Source of the DNA: Octopus vulgaris
Taxonomy: Eukaryota
Length of the DNA stretch: 64,000 nucleotides
Assembly (NCBI GenBank): GCA_951406725.2
Contig: OX597831.1
Location: 64,914,001 to 64,978,000 of the forward strand
Direction: 5' to 3'
Part shown: positions 52,266 through 64,000 of the stretch, piece after piece
Layout: each line of letters starts with the position of its first letter
Position numbering within the stretch: position 1 is the first letter of the stretch
Translations under genes and position numbers: made by a program
The notes under the pieces: model-generated
Databases searched by the model: none
What the model saw: only the letters and a program-made list of their open reading frames with translations
Told to the model about the DNA's origin: nothing

Positions 52266-52922
52266 AATTAAAAACACCGTTAAATATTCTGGTCAGAGTA
52301 TTAACAAGAAAGTTGGCGAAAGGCCTTGACAGCAATATCGAAGCTGCAAATACTTGTACAATACTGAGACGTTACACCAGATATCTTTTATATCTATTCT
52401 CATATTCATATAGACGTCCAGGCCTTGATCTGATTTCGGTGTTATTCTGTTCTATTTGACTTTCCCACACTAGAGCACCATTTGATGGCCGATTTGTATG
52501 CGTGACCTTCTATCACAGTTGTTTAACATAACATACATGGTTCAGCGGACACGTCATTTACGTCATTTTTTAACATGTCTCTCGAGTCCGTATCGTAGTA
52601 TTCTGTATCAGATGCAGAGTGATATATACTAAATGCGGTCACTATATTTAGTCCAATTAAGAATATTATCGTTATAGCTTATTAGTGGGGGCAGCTAGAT
52701 TATTGATGCTTATTACTTGCTTTTTGCATTAATATCTACTATAAATGTTAAACTAATGGCTCTATAATATATTCCCTCCGTACTCTTTTCTTTATTTATA
52801 CGTCTAGCAATCTATCCAGTCCGTTGTTAGGGAATTCTCTTATTCTTACCTTTTTATCTAGCACATGAGTGTCCTTAATTTTCTTTTTGTTGCCTCGGTG
52901 CATTTTTAGAATACAATCTCAT

Positions 52923-53320
52923 TCTTTTATTCTTTTGTTCTTTTACTTGTTTCAGTCATTTGACTGCGGCCATGCTGGAGCACCGCCTTGAAGGGTTTTA
53001 GTCGAACAAATCGAGTCCAGGACTTATTTCTTAAGCCTAATATGTATTCTATCGGTGTCTTTTGCCGAACCGCTAAGTTACAGAGACGCAAACACACCAA
53101 CACCGGTTGTCAAACCGTAATGATGAGGACAAACACAGGCACAAAGACACTCACATACATAGATATATACATATACGACGGGCTTCTTTCAGTTTCCGTC
53201 TATCAAATCCATTTATAAGGCTTTAGTTGGCCCGAGGTTATAGTAGAAGCACTTGCCCAAGGTGCCACGCTGTGGGACTGAACCCGGAACCATGTGGTTG
53301 GGAAGCAAGCTTGTTACCAC
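52923..53320 (-). mobile_element. SINE family C
   Basis: Reverse complement of the 54917-55325 element. Confidence 0.88.
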
Positions 53321-53812
53321 AGAGCCACAGAGCTACACCTGTGCCTCGTGTATATATTTCTCTTGTAAATCTGTACACTGTCTATATAAGCAGTATTTCT
53401 AGATGTTCGTCTTCTGCAATGTACAGCTTGACATTGTCCGTGCATAAAAAAGGGTCCATTGTCCTCCCATAACATTGTATCAGATGTCGAGTCGACAGAA
53501 TCGTGAGCGCTTCGGATAAAATGTTTAGCAGCATTTCTCAGGGACTTTTTACGTTCTGAGTTCAAATCCCACCAAGATGAATGTTGCCTTTCATCCTTTC
53601 GGGGGAGATAAAGTAAATACCATTTGAACACTGAAGTCAGTGTAATCGACTTACGGTCTCCCTAAAAATTGCTGGACTTGTACCAAAAATCGGAAAGAAG
53701 TATTGTTATTATTTGTTTTCCCCGCACCGAATCCAGCTCACTTTATATTGGATACAGACATTGAACAACGCTCTCAATGCATACACTTTACCGGCAATAT
53801 ACGAGTTACACG

Positions 53813-53922
<110 letters not shown>

Positions 53923-54417
53923 TGGGTGGTATTCAATTAAATAATAATATAAATAATATAAATAATATATATATATATGTATGTATATGTATATATACGA
54001 TATAGTGTATATTTAAACACATAGAAAATCCACTTATAGGGATTCTACGCATTAGAAAGAACGGCTAAGTTCTATGATCACAAAAAAAAATGTAAATTTT
54101 GATTGAATGTTTTTAATTTCAATTAAATTCCATTTCCCTTTGATATGATTAAATATATGTATATTTAACATATATATATGTTATATATATATATATATAC
54201 CAGGTGGTGCTATTAAGTTAGACATGGCCTGGGCCAATAATGGCCGAAACCTATCAAAGTATCAAAGTATCAAAGTATATATATATATATATATATATAC
54301 AAAATCAGAAAATGGAGAAATACATCTAAATCATTAATCAACTACCAGATAATACCCAATCACATACTTTATTGAACCATCCCATGGAGGGTTGAATTTG
54401 CAACCCCTATCTCAATT

Positions 54418-54469
<52 letters not shown>

Positions 54470-54529
54470 TGTATGTATGTATGTATGTATGTATGTATGT
54501 ACGTATGAATGTATATGTATGTATATATG

Positions 54530-54748
54530 GGTACAGGACATCACTGACTGTGCATATAACATGTAATCCGTAAACAAGCTAGTTAAATACGCAAACAAAG
54601 AGAGAAAAAATGGAAAACAGGACAAGTAAACACAGAGAAACGACCCTTCATCAGTTGTCGGCTATGTATCTACTCCTCGAGCATTCAACGACAATATGAG
54701 TCTTCAAAGAGAGTTGCTCCCATAAATTCTAAAATAGAATTTTGAATT

Positions 54749-54782
<34 letters not shown>

Positions 54783-55324
54783 TGTATGTATGTATGTATG
54801 TATGTATGTATGTATGTATGTATGTATGTATGTATGTATGTATGAATGTATATATATGTGTGTTCAGCAGATCACCAACTGTGTAAACAACATGAAATAC
54901 GTAAACAAACAAGTTAGGGGTGGCTGTGTGGTAAGTAGCTTGCTTACCAACCACATGGTTCCGGGTTCAGTCCCACTGCGTGGCACCTTGGGCAAGTGTC
55001 TTCTATTATAGCCTCGGGCCGACCAAAGCCTTGTGAGTGGATTTGGTAGACGAAAACTGAAAGAAGCCCGTCGTATATATGTATATGTATATATATGTGC
55101 GTGTATGTTTGTGTGTCTTTGTTTGTCCCCCTAGCATTGCTTGACAACCGATGCTGGTGTGTTTACGTTCCCGTAACTTAGTGGTTCGGTAAAAGTGACC
55201 GATAGAATAAGTACTGGGCTTACAAAAGAATAAATCCCGGGGTCGAGTTGCTCGACTAAAGGCGGTGCTCCAGCATGGCCGCAGTCAAATGACTGAAACA
55301 AGTAAAAGAGTAAAAGAGTAAAGA

Positions 55325-55409
<85 letters not shown>

Positions 55410-55870
55410 GAATTTATGGAGAATGAAAGTTGGGAACAAAACTAGGACAGTGAAGACATACAAGGGAGAAAGGACTGGACGTTTTTTTCTCTCTCTCCTA
55501 TCAGTTCTCTTTTCAAAGAAAATATTTCTCCCAGCATTCACTATTTTCCTCTCGTTCTGGTTTAACGACCCTCCATGTTTGTTTTCGTTCGGTTTCTTTG
55601 TATGCTTCTACTGTCCTGTTTTTGTTCCCAGCTTTGACCCTCCATAAATCTTAAAATCTATTTTAGAATTTATGGGAGCCACTGTCTTTGAAGACTCATA
55701 TTGTCGTTGAATGCTCGAAATGAGGAGTAGATAGGCAACCAAAAACTGACGAAGGGTCGTTTCTCTGTGTTTACTTGTCCTGTTTTCTAATTTTTTCCTC
55801 TCGTTTGCGTATCTAACTTGTTTGTTTACGTATTTCATGTTGTTTACACAGTTAGTCACGTGCTGTACAC
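54530..55870. repeat. Inverted pair of ~225-bp repeats enclosing a SINE
   Basis: 54530-54752 is the approximate reverse complement of 55643-55870. Related sequence at 43240-43430, 44320-44500 and 63056-63250. Confidence 0.8.
54917..55325 (+). mobile_element. tRNA-derived SINE family C, near full length
   Basis: Head TGGCTGTGTGGTAAG..GGTTCAGTCCC, CCTTGGGCAAG, internal microsatellite, tail (GTAAAAGA)n. Partial copies near 2533-2600, 6181-6364, 8247-8462, 15935-16280, 19665-19835, 30820-31150 and 42688-42953. Confidence 0.9.
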
Positions 55871-55873
55871 ACA

Positions 55874-55955
<82 letters not shown>

Positions 55956-56045
55956 AAGTTAATCCAAACAAGAAAGCACAAAAAAACACAACAACGCGAG
56001 GACGTGGAACAAATATAGTATTAAGGAAAGAAGGAAAGAAGGAGG

Positions 56046-56080
56046 GTTTAACGTTTCGAGCGGAGCTCTTCGTCGGAAAC
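56046..56080 (-). ncRNA. Hammerhead-like fold (U4C core, extra A after A9)
   Basis: Minus strand reads GTTT CCGACGA A GAGC tcc GCTC GAAA CG TT AAAC. Related copy on plus at 44783-44817. Confidence 0.55.
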
Positions 56081-56266
56081 ATAGGAGAAGGAAAGATCCA
56101 GAGAAGGGAAGACAGAGGAAAAAAAATCGCCAACGGTACACACGAGGTCACATTTTGAAAGACCAGATGTACTAGTTTATCTTTTAATCATATGACAATG
56201 CTCACTAGAGTAAATTTAGATAAGTTCATCAGTGGGGGTGCCGGCTGGCTGCTGATATGTGCGTGT

Positions 56267-56332
<66 letters not shown>

Positions 56333-56847
56333 GTGTGTGTGTATGTGTGTGTGTATGCATGTATGTATGTATGTATGTAAGTATGTATGCATGTATGTAT
56401 GAACATAATTATATATATACATAACATTGTCCAAAGAGAATGAATCTAGTTTCGATTATTAATTATATTTAATGAATAAAATTAAAAGTAAAATCAGGCG
56501 AATGTCAATGAAACAGTGGACGTTTGCAGCAATTTTTGAAGAAGGAAAATATAAAAGAACAAATGTATTGTTTGTAAGTTTTTATTATGAAAATGAAACA
56601 TGCGCGGTTTCTGGAGATCTGGTGACCGTGATAAGCTACTTCACCTTTAAGTTTATTAATTCTACCTTTAATATTTAGTTTAGTACAAAGAACTATACTA
56701 CAACAGAAAATCATAATCTATAATTAAGCTGGTTGAACTGTTGGAGTACTAGACTTGTATATTCGAGTTATAAAGAAGGGTGGGATTTGAGTTTTATAGA
56801 AAACCAACGAGGAAATTTCCATGGGGTTGCTTAACCTTCTAAAAAAC

Positions 56848-57256
56848 GGATCTTTTCGGTTTGAACGGCAGTTTTTTAAATGATTTCCACGAAAATAAAA
56901 AAATTTAAACTTCGTATACTAGTAGAATGTGTTTATAAAACATCTTTTTCTCTTGGCTTTATTGAGAAAATTCTATAGTTTGTAAGATATTTGTTGTTTT
57001 TTTTTCTTAAATTTCTGCAATTTCAACCAATCACTGACGTCTATTGAGGTAATAAACATTCTGTGCCGTATGGATATGTCCCTCGTTTAAGAAACAGATT
57101 GGGTTTATTTACATTTGTGAAGAAAAAAAACACCCTTCCCCCACCCCTAACACTAACCCTAACCTTAAAACAGATTGAAATGCAATAGATCGGTACTAGG
57201 GTGACAATTTCATATGACACCGCTAGAAAAAACTGCCGTTCAAACCGAAAAGATCC
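56848..57256. mobile_element. GG...CC MITE (Merlin-like), copy 8
   Basis: TIRs; TSD TAAAAAAC/TTAAAAAC (7 of 8 match). Confidence 0.92.
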
Positions 57257-58266
57257 TTAAAAACATTAACCAAATTTCCTTCAAACCATATCTTACGGTC
57301 TTATAGACAAGGAAGTATACATTGCACATTGCAATCCTAGATTATACAGAAAGACAGGATGGTCACGGTTAGAATTTGGATTAAACGTTATGGATAACAA
57401 CAGCAGAAAGTTACACTAATACTTCATTAGTATTTCGTCTGTCTTTACGTTCTGAATTCAAATTCTGCCAAGGTCGACTTTACCTTCCATCTTTTCGAAG
57501 TCGATAAAATAAGTACCAGTTGAGCACTGGGTGGGGGTCGGTGTTCGATGTAATTTCTGTCCCAAAATTTCTGTCGTGGAGTCAAAATTTGAAACCAATA
57601 TTTCATTAACATTTATACTTAAGTAAAGTAACAGCATTTCTAAACAAGTTTTATTGTCAAAACTAATCTCTGTTTTAAAATCTTACGACCAGATTATTAA
57701 CTTGATAATTTCAAGTGAACCTTTAATGGATTGTTAGTGTAATCTGGATATGAAGCAAATGTTTGCTTGATATATATTTGGTGGAATTACTACGACATAT
57801 ACCAAATATCTCATTTTATTTTTCGGTAACAGACAAATCGAAATTTTTGGAAACGTTGACGTTTCATTTTAGATAGGGGTCGATCTGATGACGATTATAT
57901 TTAGTTGATGCCTCAATCTGATTCCATATTGAGAACGTAAAAGGAAGAAATAATATGATTTCATCGTTTCATCGTAATATTTCAGCAACTATGAGTCTCG
58001 TATATTTTGACAAACAGCGTCAAATGATTTTTCTATTTCTATCCAAACGTTCTTATTGTTAATCGACTGAGTTAGTCCCCGCAGCCAGGAACAGCTCAGA
58101 AGTAAACATTTTTGCCCAAGGAAAAGAACGGAGGTTTCAGATTGAATTTAACTAACGTATAGGCGTATCCAATTTCTATTTCGATATTATAAGCACGGTA
58201 ACTGAAGCTATGGAAGATAAAATGGATGTTAATAAAAAGGAGTAGAGAGAAAAATTTCATACAAAC

Positions 58267-58833
58267 CTTTGAGAGAAAAGAATAGTTGTGGTTGCTTAGA
58301 ATATTCCACAAAGTGTTTTTAAAACGTTGTAAAGATGTCATTTGGGATATATCCAATTCATCTGTTGCAAACATTGCCTTTCGGTCTCGGTCGAACCTCA
58401 GCAACGACTCATACGTACTATTCCAAGAATCGTATATGTTCCAGCAGCAACCTTCGATTAAATTTTCGCTGATTCCCCAGAAGTCCAGTTCCTTCTTCAA
58501 TGCTGGTCCACATACATTAGACGGTAGATGCAGTTGACCGGTTCGTAAGTATTCCAAAATCGAGCGAAAACAAACAGGATCACGATCAAAGAAATAGTCT
58601 TTGTGACGTTCTCGGTAAAATTTCTGAAGAAACATTTCATTAGAGAGATTTGTATTATTGTGTTTGTTGAGGGTCGAACGATATGTCTCAAATATTTGTC
58701 CTCCCACGTTTAACAGAAGTGTTCCAGCGTTCGGATCCGGTGCAACAGCAATTTCTAATGTCTTGAAATTTACTTTAGCCCCCGGGGCTAGGGCAGCAAG
58801 GACATGAGCGTTCAATACTTTGTTTTTGGTCAT
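58267..58833 (-). CDS. Voltage-gated K+ channel, Shaw/Kv3 family, coding exon 1 (T1 tetramerisation domain), 189 codons
   Basis: LNVGGQIFETYRSTL, YFFDRDP, RTGQLHLPSNVCGP, ELDFWGI and EGCCW match the Shaw T1 domain with its H-x5-C...CC zinc motif. ATG in gccATG context; donor AAG|GTTTGT at 58267/58266, phase 0. Confidence 0.93.
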
Positions 58834-59100
58834 GGCTTTATTTTATATATTTTTAGCCAAGTGTTGAGATTGGCGATGAATAAATAAGGTTGTGGGAAGC
58901 AAATTTAGAACTAGCAAGGCTATCGTTTCCTGCTCTGAGAATTTTCTTTTTTCAAAATGAAAAATCAATATTTAGAGACATTCTTCAAAAAAGAATGCTT
59001 GCAATATTAAATGTAGTTGCAAAACAGTTTTCATCAGACTTCTCTACATCGGTAATATGAACGATATGGGTGTATTTCTTTGAATAACGGCTGAATATAT

Positions 59101-59120
59101 CTGTGAAGAAAAAAAAAAAT
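59101..59120 (-). promoter_or_regulatory. Splice acceptor upstream of the Kv start codon (implies a non-coding first exon further right)
   Basis: Minus strand shows a long T tract then cttcacag| ending at 59101, 267 nt before the ATG. Confidence 0.6.
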
Positions 59121-60067
59121 ACAAATTGAAATAATAGTAATGTCCATGAAAATATATAAATTTATTCAGATAAAAGATAAAAGTAAAATTGAAAAAGCAA
59201 ACTGTTTGGCATTACTTGAAGAAGATATTTAATTTAGATAGAGAATATAAATATACAGATACTCTTACAGCTATTTCTAGAATAGCCAAGTGTGTGGATC
59301 ATCCCATATGTTGAGTAACCCGTCATCAGAGAGGAAGAGGTCAGAGAAATGCAAAAGCTATGGAAAATCCCCAATTGTGGATATTAGTGTATAAGGATCA
59401 AAGTAGAATAGGAATGCATCCGGTAGATCCATGATCAAATGAAAATACAGGTAATGAAAATTTATTGAGATTAACACTTATCACAATAAAGGATAATTAA
59501 ACGCTTTTCCCCTATAGGCATAATGCCAGAAATTTGGAAGGAGAGCTTTAATCAATGAAATAGTCCCAGTATCTGACTGGTTCTTTATTTTATCGACTTC
59601 AAATGGATGAAAGTGAACGATCGGCGGCATTTGAACGCAGGGCGTAGAGAGTCACCGTTAAATACCGCAGAGCCTTTTATCAGTTACCCTAACGATTCAG
59701 CCAATACATTGCAACAGCACAAAATTAATAGCAACTGTAAAATATAGACATCACTCTGTATTAACAGTTGATTAGTAAGGTGTGCTTGTGGCTGTAATTA
59801 TTAAAAGGATAGTATAATAATTACCACAGTCAAGACAGTAAGTCATATATGCGTATTTTTATAGGCTTTTCCATTCTGTCACGCAGCGAAGAGAAAAACA
59901 ATGGCTGTGCTCTTTACTCCGCGGAATTGGTTCCTAGTAAAGACATCGCAGTCTACGTTTGAATCATTTGAGTGCTACTAAGTGTTTTCTGTGCCGAAAA
60001 TCTCTGGATCTCATCTGTTGACCATACATACATACATACATACATACATACATACATACATACATAG

Positions 60068-60152
<85 letters not shown>

Positions 60153-60159
<7 letters not shown>

Positions 60160-60415
60160 TAAATTAGAGATAAAACCACTATTAGGCAAATCAAACAATG
60201 AAAAACATAAACCAATACATAAAAATAAATATAATTAATATAATATAAAAAATATATAAAATATAAAATTTAAAATTTAAATTATTTAAATTTAAAATTT
60301 AGATTATTTAAATTTAAAATTTTTAATTTATATTTATAATTTTTTATATTTTTTTAATATTTTTTAAACGATTTTAAATTTATAAATTTTTAAACTTTTA
60401 AACTTCTAATTTTTT

Positions 60416-60465
<50 letters not shown>

Positions 60466-60912
60466 ATGTAAAAAAAATACAACTGGGACAAGAACGCAAA
60501 ACATTTAGAAGACGATACAAAAACTATATATATATATATTAATATATATATTTTTTAATATATATAACTAGCAAAAAGTATTAAAAAGTTCAATATAAGA
60601 TAATAAGTGGTATTACTTATTATCTTATATTAAACTTTTTAATACTTTTTGATAGTTATATATATTAAAATTTTTAAAAATTAAAAGTTTAAATGGTTAA
60701 AAATTTATAAATTTTAAATTTTAAAAATATTAAAAAAATATAAAAATTTATAAATATAAATTAAACATTTTAAATTTAAATAATTTATATTTTAAATTTT
60801 ATATTTTATATATTTTGTATATTATATCAATTATATTTATTTTTATGTATTGGTTTATGTTTTTCACTGTTTGATTTGCCTAATAGTGGTTTTATCTCTA
60901 ATTTAATTTATA
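60153..60912. repeat. Large AT-rich palindrome
   Basis: Outer arms (AAATTAGAGATAAAACCACTATTAGGCAAATCAAACA.. and its reverse complement) and an inner hairpin centred near 60611; the left arm carries an insertion. Confidence 0.9.
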
Positions 60913-60979
60913 TTTATACTGTGAAATTTGATTTAATCTTAAATCTAATTTTTCCCTGTAAATTTGGATTTACTCCTAA

Positions 60980-61064
<85 letters not shown>

Positions 61065-61108
61065 TATATACAGTAATGACTGAAACAAGTAAAAGATTAA
61101 AAGGTACA

Positions 61109-61198
<90 letters not shown>

Positions 61199-61326
61199 GG
61201 TATATTCTGTTAGGGACGTAGAGTACAATACAGAACTCGCTCACCCTTAGAATTAGCAAATATCCGAGTCTAGGTTTAGGTACTCATCGTGTGGGGGCAG
61301 CCAGAATATTACAAAGATTATTCAAG

Positions 61327-61960
61327 TGGAACACATATCTTACACAATCGACCAGAAACCGGAGAAGATTTATTATACGACTAACTCTTCGTTGATGTCA
61401 GCCAACTTGGATGGTTCGAATGTGTCACGGATCGCCATCAAACAGGAACTGCTACCATTCAATGTTCCCACAGTTTATGGTGACCTCATCTACTTTACAG
61501 CAAACAACCAGATCAGCAGCCTGTTTCTCAGCAACGGAACCGTCCGGATTACCAGGAGAAATAAACCAAATATTTTCTCCCTCGTTGAAGCTGAACTTAA
61601 TTGTAGTAATTGTAGTAAACGGTTGCTGTCTCCAATTATGTCTTCCTCGTAATGAGACCATTCAATGATGTATATTTTCTGCTGGTTACCAGTTAAAGGA
61701 CAACAAATATACTGAAATCTGCGTATTCCTCATGTACAGCATAAACAATGAAGTTCGTGGAATGCCTCTTGATGGAAACAGCACCAGTATTCATGCGCTA
61801 CTTGCCATTCCTTAGATTGTTACAGCCACAGCCAAGAGAGGACTATGTTTATTGGGTTGAAAGCAGCAGACGTACCATCTGAACTTTTATAATGAATACT
61901 CATAATAACACAAGAAACAAAAGTATCACTTGAAGGAATAGAATTGGATTTCCTTATAAG
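61327..61960 (+). pseudogene. Decayed LRP1-like fragment (YWTD propeller - EGF - YWTD propeller)
   Basis: Successive frames give TIDQKPEKIYYT..SANLDGSN..VYGDLIYFT, then NGCCLQLCLPRNETIQ*CIFSAGYQL..FLMYSINNEVRGMPLD, then DYVYWVE and LEGIELDF. This is colinear with the LRP1 segment recalled as NGDCSQLCLP..CTAGY..FLLYS..IRGIPLD..IYWVD..VEGIAVDW. Several stops and frameshifts. Confidence 0.8.
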
Positions 61961-62074
61961 GTAAACGTTCGTATAATCAAATACCTGTATATATGAAGAA
62001 CTATGTTGTATGGAGACATTTGTAGTGATTAAAAAAATAACTGTTCAACCGTACTCCTTCTTCTTGACTCTATC

Positions 62075-62500
62075 GGATCTTTTCGGTTTGAACGGATGTT
62101 TTTAACATAATTTCTAGGTAACTAAAAAATTTTAAACTTCGTATACTAGTAGAATGTGTTTATAAAAACATCTTTTTCTCTTGGCTTTATTGAGAAACTT
62201 CTATAGTTTGTAAGATATTTGTTTTTTTTTTCTTCAATTTCTGCAATTTCAACCAATCAGTGACGTCTATTGAGGTGAAAACATTCTGTGCCGTATGAAT
62301 ATGTCCCTCGTTTAAAAAACAGATTGGGTTTATTTACATTTGTGAAGAAAAAAGATACCCTTCCCCCTACTCCTAACCCTAACCCTAACCCTAACTCTAA
62401 AAGAGATTGAAAAGCAATAGATCGATTCTAGGGTCATAATTATTGGTGACAATTTCATATGACACCGCTAGAAAAAACTGCCGTTCAAACCGAAAAGATC
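62075..62500. mobile_element. GG...CC MITE (Merlin-like), copy 9
   Basis: TIRs and internal CCCTAA tract. Confidence 0.92.
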
Positions 62501-62505
62501 AATTT

Positions 62506-62565
<60 letters not shown>

Positions 62566-62684
62566 TGTGTGTGTGTGTGTGTGAGTGTGCGTGTAATATT
62601 GAGAACACTCACTCCACTCAAAATACTTTTGCCTTTTCCAGCATATAGTATTTTGCGAGTGGAGTGAGCTTTCATCACTAACTG

Positions 62685-62743
62685 GTGATTAACACATGCT
62701 GAGGACGGGCAACCACCCAGAAACTCGAGTCCGTGTGTATCAC
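62685..62743 (+). ncRNA. Minimal type I hammerhead ribozyme, canonical core
   Basis: Helix I ACACATG/CGTGTGT plus GTGAT/ATCAC extension; core CTGAGGA 62699-62705; helix II GGG/CCC closed by a C.A mismatch; GAAA 62720-62723; palindromic helix III ACTCGAGT; GUC site ending at 62731. Confidence 0.8.
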
Positions 62744-62950
62744 GTAAGGCTATACATTGGGGCGATGACTTCCCCTCGCAAATACTAATCGGACACAGAA
62801 TGTACGTCGTTAGTCAGCTGGAAGAGATGTTTTCCTGGGGCTATAAACGTCAGTAGCTCTGTGCTGTATAGGATGCCACATTTGGTTGGCAATTATTTGT
62901 TACGATTCCGCACTGCTACTGTTTATATCTCGGTCAGAGATTTAATATAG

Positions 62951-63029
<79 letters not shown>

Positions 63030-63449
63030 TATATATATATATATATATAGTCCTTGCCTTCGAAACGTGGAGTTGATGAAACAGGGACAACTGAAGAAGG
63101 GGAATATTGTTTATGTTGTATGTCTCGTTTCTCTGTTTTTGTTTTTATGTTTTCGTTTCTCATTGTGTTCAACGTTTTTTGGGATGTCCTGTACCCATAT
63201 AGGCACATATATATATACATATATATGTAGGTATGTACATATATGTATGTATATATGCACATATATATAGGGAGAGTTTACGAAAAAAACAACAAAAGAC
63301 GAAGACAGGTGGTGTACAAAACAAACAGATGTATTAGTATAACGGTCAGGAATAGAAAAATCTTTTACGTTTCGAGCCTACGCTCTTCTACAGACATGGA
63401 CACAGAAAACAAGGAGAGAAACAAGGAGAGAAAAATATACAAATATATA

Positions 63450-63519
<70 letters not shown>

Positions 63520-64000
63520 CATATCAAAGTGTATGCCAGTATATAAAGCTATTTAGCGCGTGTTTACTAGTAAAATAATTATTATTGGAACCTTTTTACT
63601 CAAATAGATTCCTCGGTGCGGTGTGTCTTTGACTCCAATTCCTTCACCCGGTTTTATCCTTTCATCTTTACGCGAGCTCCGCCTTTTCTTGGCCCTTTCT
63701 ACCGAAACTCTACAATTCCACCTTCCCTTTTCTTTCATTCACCCTCACTTGACTCCTGAATCTCTCATACGACTCCACCCCTACATCACTTTCACTCTTT
63801 TCCTTTCTCCTTTTTCTCTGACCTTCTCCCATATTCCCGACATCACTATTCTTCCCCTACAAGACCTTCATTCATTAGCAGCGAAAGATGTAGCACAGCT
63901 ACTTCTGTCGCCTCCTCACTCTCAGATGAAGTGTAAAGGCTTGAAACATTAAAGTTATCATTCCTCACAACAATTAAACTAAATCTAACTTTTCTGTGAA

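Noticed and set aside
54215-54275. GGCCA/TGGCC stem followed by GAAAC (also near 43985-44040)
   Set aside because: The upstream segment does not fit a hammerhead core (A6 and A9 equivalents absent).
55675-55765. TTGAAGA..GAAA and CTGACGA motifs in the 225-bp inverted repeat family
   Set aside because: Could not build consistent helices II and III with a UH site.
58096-58266. C-terminal part of the 245-aa T1 ORF
   Set aside because: Read-through into the intron past the AAG|GTTTGT donor; similarity to Kv stops there.

Overview
AT-rich, repeat-dense animal genomic DNA. The SINE repertoire and (CA)n/(TA)n/(CATA)n load suggest a cephalopod, probably Octopus (inference). Two intact protein-coding genes lie on the minus strand. 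One is a class A GPCR with an intronless CDS (18024-19136, 370 aa, NFxLY-type TM7). The other is a divergent Shaw/Kv3-family voltage-gated K+ channel in two coding exons (58267-58833 and 38986-40224, 601 aa, 18,042-nt phase-0 intron) whose S6 PVP hinge reads TVP. A decayed LRP1-like fragment lies at about 61.3-62.0 kb. The rest is mobile DNA: nine copies of a ~430-bp GG...CC MITE with 8-bp TSDs and an internal TTAGGG tract, three tRNA-derived SINE families (one forming head-to-tail multimers with a fixed junction), and hAT, mariner, Helitron, Chapaev3-like, CR1 and RTE remnants. The most notable hidden signal is a dispersed set of at least a dozen minimal type I hammerhead-ribozyme folds, mostly in short repeats that are microsatellite-embedded or inverted-duplicated (Penelope-like terminal repeats by inference). 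Two have canonical cores, and two families carry compensatory G3-C8 and U3-A8 swaps of the catalytic C3-G8 pair. Nearly all other ORFs in the track are microsatellite or repeat artefacts. All calls were made by eye without database searches; family assignments are from motif recall.
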